Positions 9,220 to 18,261 of a DNA stretch of 54,760 bases are shown one piece after another (position 1 is the stretch's first letter; each line of letters starts with the position of its first letter). The notes under the pieces are model-generated. The model did no database searches and was not told the origin of the DNA. It saw only the letters and a program-made list of their open reading frames with translations. The DNA comes from Candidatus Saccharimonadales bacterium (GTDB taxonomy: Bacteria > Patescibacteriota > Saccharimonadia > Saccharimonadales > SZUA-47), in assembly GCA_041737385.1 (NCBI GenBank), contig JBGSRU010000002.1, positions 1 to 54,760 of the forward strand, read 5' to 3'. A program made the position numbers and the translations under genes.

Positions 9220-10290
9220 ATGCCTCCATACCATCAACTAGAAGGATTTGAATCAATTGCACCACCTCATGTGATTACTGATGCTTCTTCTATCTTATTA
9301 GCACCGGATACTTCAGTAATTAAAGTCGATAGCTTTGACGGTATTGACGGCCTGTTTAGTGATCCTCGAATAATTGAAGCTATGCAGAATGTTAAAAATC
9401 GCTTAGATAGAAGTACCACTTTGGCAGATGAGCAAGAGCCATTGATACTCATTCCAGACTATACAACTGAATATTCTGGTATTGATAAGGGTGAAGTAAC
9501 TATTGAGATGGACGATAGCGTTGATGCCAGAATTGCGATGTATATAGCAATTGTAGGGACGAGAGAAATACACTCAACAGGCTCTAAACACGACGGTTCG
9601 TGGGAAGCTCCTGATGATAGCGAATTGTTTCAGTTTGACGAAAATCTTAAAGCTGGCGTTCTGAGGCTAACTTTGCCGGTTGATCATCAAAGTTTCAGAT
9701 CGCGATATGAGAGAGGCTATGCTAGATATCTCCAAGGATTAAGTAATGCAGGTAAATATAGCGACGAAATCTCAAACAGACAGTTAATCATGGCACATCT
9801 CGTTGAATTCATGCCGAATCAAAGAAGTGAATTCGGACTAGTGTATAGACAAGATTTTGGAGCTTACGGGGAAAGAAGAGAAGCTGCACTTGAGTATGAA
9901 GCTGAGTTAATAGCCAGAGGCATGGATTATCGAAGATTTTCTGGGATAACATCAACGTCGTATGTGACGTGCTATAAGCCATCAGGTGTAAAGTTCAAAG
10001 AACATTATAGAATTGAAGTTTTCGATGACGAGAATTATTATGATGTAGCGAATCTTGTGCATGGTGCATTTTTAATGGGTATATTTGCTAGCGTTGAAAC
10101 CAACACAAGGCTTGGGACGGTAGTCTTGATGAATAAATTTGACACATCTCGAGAAGAGTTATTACGGCTCGGTCGTGAACATCTTAAAAGGGTAGAAGAC
10201 ATAGCTACAGAGTCCACTCAGAGTACAAGTGGCTTAAGAGCAGAAGAAGCACAAAGAAAAATCGAGGCAATTGTTGATTTTGCAGCATAA
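9220..10290 (+). CDS. Hypothetical protein (orphan)
   Basis: 356-aa uninterrupted ORF with no recognised motif. Confidence 0.75.
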   Translation: MPPYHQLEGFESIAPPHVITDASSILLAPDTSVIKVDSFDGIDGLFSDPRIIEAMQNVKNRLDRSTTLADEQEPLILIPDYTTEYSGIDKGEVTIEMDDSVDARIAMYIAIVGTREIHSTGSKHDGSWEAPDDSELFQFDENLKAGVLRLTLPVDHQSFRSRYERGYARYLQGLSNAGKYSDEISNRQLIMAHLVEFMPNQRSEFGLVYRQDFGAYGERREAALEYEAELIARGMDYRRFSGITSTSYVTCYKPSGVKFKEHYRIEVFDDENYYDVANLVHGAFLMGIFASVETNTRLGTVVLMNKFDTSREELLRLGREHLKRVEDIATESTQSTSGLRAEEAQRKIEAIVDFAA

Positions 10291-10345
10291 AAATAGATGC
10301 TAAGTTAAGTAAACTACTCTTTTTACGTGCTACAATAAAACGTAT

Positions 10346-11647
10346 ATGCTAACTCAGTTAAACAGCCTAAAATCTAAGGCTTTAACAACGCTATCGAAAA
10401 CGCGCACTAAGCGAGGAGATCGTTATATTGTTGCGCTTGATATTGGGACAGAAAATGTTAAAGCGTTAATCGGTCGCCTTGCCGAAGACGAAGTTGAAAT
10501 AGTCGGCGTAGGTCGTGCGCATCAGGGACTGCAGGATATGCAAGCTGGTGCTATTGCTGATATAGCCGCAGTAACTGCTAACTGTAACAAAGCACTTGCG
10601 GACGCCGAGAAGCAAGCTGGTGTGAGCGCACGAGCAGTTGTGATAGGGATTGCAGGTGAGCTCGTAAAAGGCACGACGATAACTGTTAAGGTACAGCGTA
10701 AAAACCCAAAGAAAGCACTTGAGATCACCGAAGTTGAGCGAATCATTGAGCTGGTGCAAAAACGTGCTTTTGAAAAAGCAAAACAGCAAATTGCTGATGA
10801 GCTTGGTGGTAAAGAGGTTGACGTTCAGCTCGTGAACAGCGCACTTGTGCGGATGGAGATTGATGGCTATGAGATTACGAATCCAGTAGGGTTCCAAGGA
10901 AAAGAAGTACTCGTTCAGCTGTATACCGCCTTTGCGCCAATGATTCATATTGGAGCGCTTGAACAGGTCGCGAATCAGCTAGATATGGATTTGCTTGCAG
11001 TTGCTGCTGAGCCGTTTGCAGTAGCGAGGTCAATTATTGGTGACGCGGATGATTCTACTATGAGCGCCATATTAATGGATGTTGGAGGCGGTACAACCGA
11101 TATTGCGGTGTTAAATGAGGGTGGTGTACAGGGTACACAGATGTTCGGTATCGGCGGACGTGCGTTCACAAAAAGTATCTCACGTGAGCTAGAAGTTGGG
11201 TTTGCTGAAGCGGAAAAACTCAAACTTGGGCTCAGTGATGGAACTGCACCAACGCAGCTTACTGAAAAACTTGAGAAATCATTAGAAAAGACAATTCGAG
11301 TATGGCGTTCGGGTATAGAGCTTGCACTTGAGGAATACAATAACCTTGAACACCTGCCGCATCACATACTGTTGTGTGGTGGTGGTGCTAGTCTAGAAAT
11401 GCTTACAGCCGAACTGGAGTCGGCTGATTGGTACCGAAAACTTCCTTTTGCGCGTAAGCCAAGTATCCACTTCATCAAGCCTGAAGCAGTTATCGGTATT
11501 GAAGATACAACTGATACCTTGGACGATCATACTTTTGTCACCGCAATGGGACTACTAAGAGTAGGACTAGATACAATTGCGCAAAATACAGAAGTCTCCG
11601 ATGAAGCGACGGTCCACAGCAGAATAAATAGGTTACTCAGGATTTAA
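10346..11647 (+). CDS. ftsA: FtsA-like actin-family ATPase
   Basis: ALDIGT, MDVGGGTTDIAV, GIGG..FT, AEKLK and LCGGGA actin-fold motifs. Not next to ftsZ here, so possibly a paralog. Confidence 0.75.
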   Translation: MLTQLNSLKSKALTTLSKTRTKRGDRYIVALDIGTENVKALIGRLAEDEVEIVGVGRAHQGLQDMQAGAIADIAAVTANCNKALADAEKQAGVSARAVVIGIAGELVKGTTITVKVQRKNPKKALEITEVERIIELVQKRAFEKAKQQIADELGGKEVDVQLVNSALVRMEIDGYEITNPVGFQGKEVLVQLYTAFAPMIHIGALEQVANQLDMDLLAVAAEPFAVARSIIGDADDSTMSAILMDVGGGTTDIAVLNEGGVQGTQMFGIGGRAFTKSISRELEVGFAEAEKLKLGLSDGTAPTQLTEKLEKSLEKTIRVWRSGIELALEEYNNLEHLPHHILLCGGGASLEMLTAELESADWYRKLPFARKPSIHFIKPEAVIGIEDTTDTLDDHTFVTAMGLLRVGLDTIAQNTEVSDEATVHSRINRLLRI

Positions 11648-11649
11648 TA

Positions 11650-13374
11650 ATGGCAACAACTAAAGAAACAGTCTACATAGAAGCAGAAGACGAGATAACA
11701 GCCGTTATTGATAAAGTTACATCTGCTAGTAACAAAATTGTCGCAGTTGTTTTGCCGAAACGCGCGACCGTATTCCAGAGCGTTGTGAACATGAAGCTAC
11801 TCAAGAAAGCAGCAACTGAAGCAAAAAAACAAGTTGTTGTGATATCGTCTGAGCCAGCCATAGAATCAATTGCGGCAATTGCAGGCGTCCATCTCGCAAA
11901 ATCCTTACAATCGAAGCCTGTGATTCCTAAGCGAACAAAGCAAGTAGAGAGTGAAGTGATTAGCTCAGCAGAGCTCGACGATAATCTGCCATTTGTGGAG
12001 ACAGAAGAGCCGGAAGAAGCCAAGTTTGTTGCGAGCGAGTCCGAACCAGCGATACCTGAGCCAGTCGCTCCATTACCGTTGTCAGCAGAAAACGACACGA
12101 TTGAGTTAGATAACACCGATGATGAAGCCGTCGAAGTCCCTGAAGGCACGCTTGCCAAGGAAGCAAAAGAAAAGAAAAAGAAACGCGCATTTAGAGTTCC
12201 AGACTTTAGTAATTTTAAACTTCGAATGGGGCTAGGCATAGCGCTCGTTGTACTACTCATAACTGGGTGGGTTTTTGGGTTTGTTATTTTACCAAAAGCA
12301 ACCATAACGCTGAATACTGATACAAGCAGCAGTACAGTAACTTTCGACTTCGTTGTAAGTGCTGAAGCAGCTGAACTAAATGTCGAGAAAGCGGTTGTAC
12401 CTGCAACGAAAGCCGAAGTTTCGAAACAAAATAGCGCGACGGTTCCAGCGACTGGTGAAAAAAACGTCGGAGAAAAAGCAACAGGTACACTTACACTGGC
12501 TAACTGCGCAAAGAATTCAGAAGGAATTAGTATTCCTGCCGGAAGTGGCTTTAGCGCAGGCAATCTGACCTATGTTACGAATCAAGCAATTGAGCTTGGA
12601 CCTGCCGTTTACTTCGGTAACAATTGTAGAAGTGAAGATTTCCCCGAAGCAGGAGCAGTGAAAGACGTTGGAGTTACCGCAACTAACTCAGGTGAATCAT
12701 ACAATATTAATGCTCGCAGCTATACGTCAAGCATAGCTGGAGTAACAGCATCTGGTACTGCGATGAGTGGCGGAACAACACAGGTGGTAAAGGTTGTGAG
12801 CGCTGAAGATGTTGCTGGTGCCAAGCAGAAGCTTGTTGGTACATCTACTGCTGAAGCGATTGCAGAATTATCAAAAACGCTAGAGAGTCAAGAGTTGCAA
12901 GCTATAGCTGAGACACTCGTAGAGGGTGAACCAAACGAGAAAGTCTCTGCCGCGGTTGATAGTGAAGTTTCTGAGGTGACGGTGACGCAGACAGTACTAT
13001 TTAGCATGTTGGGTGTTTCAACTAATGATCTGGGAACGCTACTCGATAGTAAAGTAACTGCTTCATTGGAAGAAGGAGCTGGTACGAACATTAGACGTAA
13101 CGGTCTCGATACGGCTGTATTGCGGCTTGCATCTGCAGCATCTGCAACGAATCAGACACTTAACTTGCAAACAGTAGCTGTGCTTGGACCGGAGTTTGAT
13201 GAAGCAGCTATTAGAAACGAAGTAGCTGGTATGAAGCGTGGTGATATTGAGAAGTTATTAGAAGCTAGGGGAGGCGTACGCTCAGTAAGTGTTGACTACA
13301 GTCCGATATGGATAACAACAACACCAAAGAGTGCAGACAAAATAACCATTGTGATTAATGAGCTCGAAAACTAA
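11650..13374 (+). CDS. Bitopic membrane protein with baseplate-J-like extracellular region
   Basis: N-terminal domain (YIEAEDEITAVIDKV...VLPKRA.VFQS.VNMKLLK), acidic linker, one TM helix, then ATG...L.N, GF...N..Y, V.A...GE.YN and GG....VKVVS..D motifs typical of CPR/Chloroflexi baseplate-J-annotated proteins. Confidence 0.65.
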   Translation: MATTKETVYIEAEDEITAVIDKVTSASNKIVAVVLPKRATVFQSVVNMKLLKKAATEAKKQVVVISSEPAIESIAAIAGVHLAKSLQSKPVIPKRTKQVESEVISSAELDDNLPFVETEEPEEAKFVASESEPAIPEPVAPLPLSAENDTIELDNTDDEAVEVPEGTLAKEAKEKKKKRAFRVPDFSNFKLRMGLGIALVVLLITGWVFGFVILPKATITLNTDTSSSTVTFDFVVSAEAAELNVEKAVVPATKAEVSKQNSATVPATGEKNVGEKATGTLTLANCAKNSEGISIPAGSGFSAGNLTYVTNQAIELGPAVYFGNNCRSEDFPEAGAVKDVGVTATNSGESYNINARSYTSSIAGVTASGTAMSGGTTQVVKVVSAEDVAGAKQKLVGTSTAEAIAELSKTLESQELQAIAETLVEGEPNEKVSAAVDSEVSEVTVTQTVLFSMLGVSTNDLGTLLDSKVTASLEEGAGTNIRRNGLDTAVLRLASAASATNQTLNLQTVAVLGPEFDEAAIRNEVAGMKRGDIEKLLEARGGVRSVSVDYSPIWITTTPKSADKITIVINELEN

Positions 13375-13792
13375 GCTAGAAGGCGACATTATTGGGGTGG
13401 ATCTGGGCATGAGCCGAACTGGTGTTGCACGGTTGCATACGACTGCTCAGATTGCAGAACCGTTGGCTGTAATAGATATGAAAGAAGGGCTTCTTGTTGA
13501 TCAGATCCAAGCGGTGATAGATGAGCATCAAGCTTGCGCATTAATAGCAGGTGTGCCGCGAGGGTTGGACGGACAACATACGGAGCAGACAATCTGGGCT
13601 GAAAAAATAATCGAAGAGCTAAGGAACGCCGTGACGGTTCCCGTTTATAGTATTGACGAGGCTGGTACAACGAAACAAGCTGAAGAGCGTGCGCACGAAA
13701 ATCAAAGCATTGATAGTGTTGCAGCTGGTATATTAGTAGAAGATTTTATTAGTGAAGTAGCGTCTGGAAGGATTAAAAATGTCATTCTTTAG
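13358..13792 (+). CDS. ruvX: YqgF/RuvX family RNase H-like nuclease
   Basis: IGVDLG..RTGVA, GVPR.LDG, IDE..TT, IDSVAA..L motifs. Confidence 0.92.
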   Translation: MSSKTKLEGDIIGVDLGMSRTGVARLHTTAQIAEPLAVIDMKEGLLVDQIQAVIDEHQACALIAGVPRGLDGQHTEQTIWAEKIIEELRNAVTVPVYSIDEAGTTKQAEERAHENQSIDSVAAGILVEDFISEVASGRIKNVIL

Positions 13793-14828
13793 CCATGGAA
13801 AAAGAGTCAAAAAAAGGTGGACGATAAAAATTATAGTTGCGGTAGTAATAGCGTTTGTTGCCGTCGTTTTGTTGGGTGGGTTTACTTGGTACCGAACAAG
13901 CATTAAGCCGATTGATCCGCTCGTTAACGAGACAGCTGTTATAACCGTTGAGATAGGCATGAATGAGGCACAGGTTGCGGCAATTATGGAATCTCGTGGA
14001 CTTATACGATCAGCATTTGCCTACGAACTATATGCACGAATACACGGAAAAGACGGTGATATGATTGCCGGAGGCTATAAAATATCAAAGAGTCAATCAG
14101 TCGCAGAGATAGTTGATAAGCTTACATCAGGAGATGTGTCAGTTGATTTACTAACGATTTTACCTACTCAGCGCTTAGAGCAGCTTCGAGGATCGTTTAT
14201 AGAAGCAGGTTATAGTGAAGAAGTAGTTGACGCAGCGCTTGACCCTTCGCAGTACGCAAGCCCTGTTCTCAAAAATAAACCACCACTTGCAAGTTTAGAA
14301 GGCTATTTGTACCCTGAAAGTTTTCAGTTTACGTTAGTAACTCCACTCAAATCAATTATTGAAGCATCACTAGAGCAAATGAACAGTGCACTCTCGGCTG
14401 AAATAAAGGCAGGCTTCGAGGCACAAGGGCTAACTGTTCATGAAGGAATTATCCTAGCCTCTATCGTTGAGCGCGAGGTCAATACGGTTGAAGACAAGCG
14501 AAAAGCAGCGCAAGTATTTTTGCGTCGTTACCGCGAAGGAATTACGCTTGGAAGTGATCCGACAGCGCTATACGGTGCGCTTCAGTTCAACCTTGACCCG
14601 AGCATTCGTGCAGACACACCGTACAATACTCGTTTATATGCTGGTTTGCCACCCGGTCCAATCAATAACGTTACCGCTGAGTCTTTAAAAGCAGTTGCAA
14701 ATCCTGCTGATACCAACTTCTTGTTTTTTGTTTCCGGTGACGATGGAAAGACTTATTTTTCTAATACGCTTCAAGAGCACGAAGCACTTACTGCCGAACA
14801 CTGTATTGAACTGTGCCAAAGTTACTAA
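13779..14828 (+). CDS. mltG: Endolytic transglycosylase MltG
   Basis: N-terminal TM; LEGYLYPESF, LASIVERE, L.SDPT, TPYNT..Y.GLPPGPI.N, FFVS motifs. Confidence 0.95.
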   Translation: MSFFSHGKRVKKRWTIKIIVAVVIAFVAVVLLGGFTWYRTSIKPIDPLVNETAVITVEIGMNEAQVAAIMESRGLIRSAFAYELYARIHGKDGDMIAGGYKISKSQSVAEIVDKLTSGDVSVDLLTILPTQRLEQLRGSFIEAGYSEEVVDAALDPSQYASPVLKNKPPLASLEGYLYPESFQFTLVTPLKSIIEASLEQMNSALSAEIKAGFEAQGLTVHEGIILASIVEREVNTVEDKRKAAQVFLRRYREGITLGSDPTALYGALQFNLDPSIRADTPYNTRLYAGLPPGPINNVTAESLKAVANPADTNFLFFVSGDDGKTYFSNTLQEHEALTAEHCIELCQSY

Positions 14829-14858
14829 AATACCTATTTTCAAAACATAATCATAATA

Positions 14859-14888
14859 TTGACAAGTGCCCCCTAAGTTTGCTATATT
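14859..14888 (+). promoter_or_regulatory. Sigma70-type promoter for the LysM-CHAP gene
   Basis: TTGACA (14859-64), 18-nt spacer, TGcTATATT (-10 at 14883-88). Confidence 0.75.
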
Positions 14889-14892
14889 AAAC

Positions 14893-15029
14893 GCTAGTGT
14901 TTCCTTGTTCTATTTATTATAGTAGTTTGAAGGAACCACACATACATTTGTCTAAAGAGTAGTATTTATTAGCTGGACTTTCGGGGAATTATATCCAGAC
15001 CTGAAACCGAACCATTTAAGGAGTAACTT
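14893..15029 (+). ncRNA. Structured 5' leader of the LysM gene; candidate lysM-TM7-type cis-regulatory RNA
   Basis: Stems gtgtttcctt(14897-906)/aaggaaccac(14930-39) and ctgga(14973-77)/tccag(14994-98). It sits upstream of a LysM gene in a probable TM7 genome, as described for the lysM-TM7 motif. Not confirmed by a covariance model. Confidence 0.4.
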
Positions 15030-16211
15030 ATTCGTACGCCACTACCACCGCAAATTGCTGAAACGCAGCTCGTTAAAGCAGCCACCAACGCTAGAGAAGA
15101 TATAAATAGAAAAGTAAAGCGTAGTTTTTTTAGAAGTAAAAAACGCGTGATTCGCTATGGTCTGCTTTCAACAAACATTTTGCTTGTTATCGGAGTGGCG
15201 GTATTTATTGTAAGCACTAGAAACACACAACCCTCTTCTTCAAACGCTCCAATACTTAGCTTGACGCAACAAACACAGCTCTCAGATCCATTAGACGAGC
15301 TGTCAGGAGCAGACATAGCAGTAAATGTTGCACAGCTCGTACGATTAGAGCAAGCAACTGCGGTCAGAAATAACGCTGATACAGTTAATTTACAGCTTGA
15401 CGTTGTCCCTAACGACTCACAAGTGGTTGCAAAGCCACAAATTGTGGACACAAAACTAAAATCAATCAACGATTTACAAGAATATGTCACGGTTGAAGGC
15501 GATACAGTTGCAAGTATTGCTGAAAAATTTGGTATAACGGCAGAAACGATTCAGTGGTCAAACGATCTGTCTGGTGATGCAGTTTCTGCAGATGCAACGC
15601 TTAAAATCCCACCTGTTAACGGGCTGGTATATGAAGTAAAAGATGGCGATACTGCTGATAAAATTGCAGAAAAATACAGTGCCAACGCTGCTGCTATTGT
15701 TGCATTTAATGATGCCGAAATTAGTGGTCTCGTGCAAGGACAAAAAATTGTTATTCCTGATGGTAGGGTTCCTGCGCCTACTAGACGAAGCGTGCCGACG
15801 TTCAGTGGCTTCAGGTTTGGTGGAGCAAGCCCTGTATATGGCTACAATGGCTATGATTACGGCTATTGCACATGGTACGCAGCAAATAAACGAACCGAAA
15901 CAGGTAGACCAATACCTGCTAATTTAGGAAATGCTAGCACATGGAAAGTGCTTGCACAGCGAGCTGGTATAGGCGTTGGCAACACCCCTGCCGCCGGTGC
16001 GGTCATATGGACACCGCCACGTGACTATTACGGACATGTAGGCTACGTTGAAGCAGTTAACCCCGACGGCAGCATATGGATATCTGAAATGAACTCATAC
16101 GGTGGCTACGCATCAATGGACGTAGACAGTGCAAAAACAGGCGGATGGGGACGAGTGAGTTTCCGGCTTTATTCAGCAGCTCAAGCAGCTGCCTATCAGT
16201 ATATTTATTAA
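15030..16211 (+). CDS. LysM x2 + CHAP peptidoglycan hydrolase, N-terminally membrane-anchored
   Basis: Two LysM repeats (YVTVEGDTVASIAEKFG; YEVKDGDTADKIAEKY), CHAP YCTWYA and YGHVGYVE. Start extended from GTG 15147 to in-frame ATT 15030, 6 nt after AAGGAG. Confidence 0.9.
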   Translation: MRTPLPPQIAETQLVKAATNAREDINRKVKRSFFRSKKRVIRYGLLSTNILLVIGVAVFIVSTRNTQPSSSNAPILSLTQQTQLSDPLDELSGADIAVNVAQLVRLEQATAVRNNADTVNLQLDVVPNDSQVVAKPQIVDTKLKSINDLQEYVTVEGDTVASIAEKFGITAETIQWSNDLSGDAVSADATLKIPPVNGLVYEVKDGDTADKIAEKYSANAAAIVAFNDAEISGLVQGQKIVIPDGRVPAPTRRSVPTFSGFRFGGASPVYGYNGYDYGYCTWYAANKRTETGRPIPANLGNASTWKVLAQRAGIGVGNTPAAGAVIWTPPRDYYGHVGYVEAVNPDGSIWISEMNSYGGYASMDVDSAKTGGWGRVSFRLYSAAQAAAYQYIY

Positions 16212-16212
16212 C

Positions 16213-16359
16213 GGCACAGCTTTATGAGATAAGGCGACTCCTCCTCTCATCGTGCAGGGTTTTGAAGCACCAAAACTCTGACTGCTCACCTCCCGGAAGT
16301 TAAATTTCTTACCGCGAAGTAAATTCGACGGACGAAGCTGTACACTATCGTTATGTGCC
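16213..16359 (+). ncRNA. Candidate structured non-coding RNA, unassigned
   Basis: Ends pair (ggcaca/tgtgcc); alternative closing stem acagctt/aagctgt; internal hairpins atgaga/tctcat, cagggttttg/caaaactctg, ggaag/tttct, ttac/gtaa. No ORF. Confidence 0.45.
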
Positions 16360-16419
16360 AGAGAATCTGTTAAAGGTTGTTACCTTGAATCAAACTGAAA
16401 AATAAATCAACAATAAAAC

Positions 16420-16448
16420 TTGACAAAATAATCAATATAAATTATAAT
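16420..16448 (+). promoter_or_regulatory. Consensus sigma70 promoter, leaderless-type
   Basis: TTGACA-17-TATAAT with ATG 16455 six nt downstream. Confidence 0.85.
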
Positions 16449-16454
16449 AATTTA

Positions 16455-16862
16455 ATGATTAGAATTTCTTTACCAATGGACAGCCGAGTACCAGGGCAAG
16501 ATGCTGGTTTCTTTGGTTATGAGCATGTCGAGTTGCCAGCTGAAGATGAAATTATATTAGCCAGAGATAGAGCAGCACAGGATATAGCCCTCATACAACT
16601 GGCCAACTCTGAACCCTTAGGATCTCTGGGAGAATTTATGGATAGTTTTGTCTTCAGGTCTATGGTTAGAGCATCTGTGTTCGATGTAGAGAATGACCTA
16701 GCAGTCAAAATAGCATCTATAGATTCTTCGGTAGATCCTGAAAGACAATTCTCGCCTGTAGCTAGTGTTCAAGAACTACTTCCGGTTTTTGATGAAGCAA
16801 CGGTACAACGTAACTTAACGCCTTTCAGTAGAGAGCACGTACTCAAACTCGCAGGACTTTAG
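16455..16862 (+). CDS. Hypothetical protein (orphan)
   Basis: 135-aa ORF with a perfect promoter upstream and a hairpin downstream. Confidence 0.75.
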   Translation: MIRISLPMDSRVPGQDAGFFGYEHVELPAEDEIILARDRAAQDIALIQLANSEPLGSLGEFMDSFVFRSMVRASVFDVENDLAVKIASIDSSVDPERQFSPVASVQELLPVFDEATVQRNLTPFSREHVLKLAGL

Positions 16863-16864
16863 CT

Positions 16865-16886
16865 TAGCACTGACATAACAGTGCTA
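16865..16886 (+). terminator. Hairpin after orphan gene
   Basis: tagcactg-acataa-cagtgcta, 8-bp stem; no long U-tract. Confidence 0.5.
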
Positions 16887-16960
16887 GATTAATTGCAAAT
16901 ATAGATAATACAGCAACCCAGTTTCTTAACAGGGGTGGGTTATGTTATAATTATTACAAT

Positions 16961-18247
16961 ATGTTTATTGATATTGCATCAGTTATAGTGCGCGCCGGTA
17001 AGGGCGGTAATGGTATTGTGAGCTTTCATACAGCCCGCGGGCTTCCTAAGGGTGGTCCTGACGGAGGTGATGGTGGTCACGGTGGTGATGTCGTGTTTAT
17101 CGCCAGTACCAACGAAAATACGCTTGCGAACTTTCGTTATCAAAAAGAGCTTGTAGCTGAAGACGGCAAGGCTGGTGGAGCTGCAAAGATGCACGGTCGA
17201 AACGGCAAAGCCCTCGAGATAAAAGTACCCGTTGGTACGCAAATCAGCAATGACGGTGTTATTATTGCAGATTTTGTACATCCTGAGCAGCAGGTGGTTG
17301 TTGCTAAAGGTGGAAAAGGAGGCTTTGGTAATGCCCACTTTACGAGCAGTACTCGGCAAGCACCAAAAGTCGCTGAAAAAGGCGAGCTTGGTGATGAGCA
17401 CGAGTTCTCCCTTGAGCTTAAGATGATTGCTGATGTCGGACTTGTCGGTATGCCAAATGCCGGTAAGAGTACGCTGCTCGCTCATGTCAGCAATGCTCGA
17501 CCAGAAATTGCAAACTATGCTTTTACGACACTACGACCGAACCTTGGTGTCGTGAAGATCGAAAAAGGCAAAGAACTGCTATTTGCAGATATCCCTGGAC
17601 TTATTGAAGGAGCCTCAGAGGGCAAAGGGCTCGGTGATGACTTTCTGCGTCATGTTGAGCGAACAAAAGTACTACTTCACATGATTGATGCTTACAGCAA
17701 CGACATAGTTAAAGCATATACGACGATTCAAGAAGAGCTAAAAGCTTATAAAATCGATATGAGCACAAAACCACAATTGGTTGTTATAAACAAAATCGAC
17801 GGACTTGACGACGAGATAGTTGCAGATTTGCAGTCACAGCTTAAAAAAGCGACAGGCATAGCAAACATTTATGCGATTTCAGCAGTCAGCGGGGCAGGTC
17901 TGCAGAAGATTCTTTATGCTGCAAGTGAGCAAGTCGAAAAGCTGAAAAAGCAAGAGGCGCTCCAACAAGCTGAAGAGTCAGAAGCCTTGCCAGTCATCAC
18001 GATCAATGATGAGCACGATGACGTGGTGACCGTCGACTATGATGAAGTGAAGAACAGCGCGGTCATAAGAGGTAAGAAAATTGAGCGTTTCGCAGCCCGG
18101 ACTGATTTTGAGTCAGAAGATGGTGTCAGAAGATTACGAGATATTATGCGTAAAATGGGAATTCTGAAACTCGTTGAAAAAGCTCAAGTTGATCACATGG
18201 CAAAAATTTACTTCGGTGACAATCGTGAAGATTATATGGAGTATTAA
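16961..18247 (+). CDS. obgE: GTPase ObgE/CgtA
   Basis: Gly-rich Obg domain, GMPNAGKST, YAFTT, DIPG, NKID motifs, C-terminal DUF1967-like segment. Confidence 0.97.
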   Translation: MFIDIASVIVRAGKGGNGIVSFHTARGLPKGGPDGGDGGHGGDVVFIASTNENTLANFRYQKELVAEDGKAGGAAKMHGRNGKALEIKVPVGTQISNDGVIIADFVHPEQQVVVAKGGKGGFGNAHFTSSTRQAPKVAEKGELGDEHEFSLELKMIADVGLVGMPNAGKSTLLAHVSNARPEIANYAFTTLRPNLGVVKIEKGKELLFADIPGLIEGASEGKGLGDDFLRHVERTKVLLHMIDAYSNDIVKAYTTIQEELKAYKIDMSTKPQLVVINKIDGLDDEIVADLQSQLKKATGIANIYAISAVSGAGLQKILYAASEQVEKLKKQEALQQAEESEALPVITINDEHDDVVTVDYDEVKNSAVIRGKKIERFAARTDFESEDGVRRLRDIMRKMGILKLVEKAQVDHMAKIYFGDNREDYMEY

Positions 18248-18261
18248 TTCACCGTTGAAAC

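Noticed and set aside
11650-13374. Prophage or contractile injection system suggested by baseplate-J-like and holin-like genes
   Set aside because: No capsid, terminase, sheath, tube or integrase genes. Both genes sit in housekeeping operons 23 kb apart.
14893-15029. c-di-AMP (ydaO) riboswitch before the LysM-CHAP gene, or RNase P motif GAAAGTCC on the minus strand
   Set aside because: Only fragments resemble the consensus. The GTCAGCTAAC core of ydaO and the other RNase P conserved regions are missing.
16213-16359. MITE, SRP RNA, hammerhead or glmS identity for the structured segment
   Set aside because: Terminal repeat is only 6 bp with no target duplication. SRP helix-8, hammerhead CUGANGA/GAAA and glmS cores are not present.
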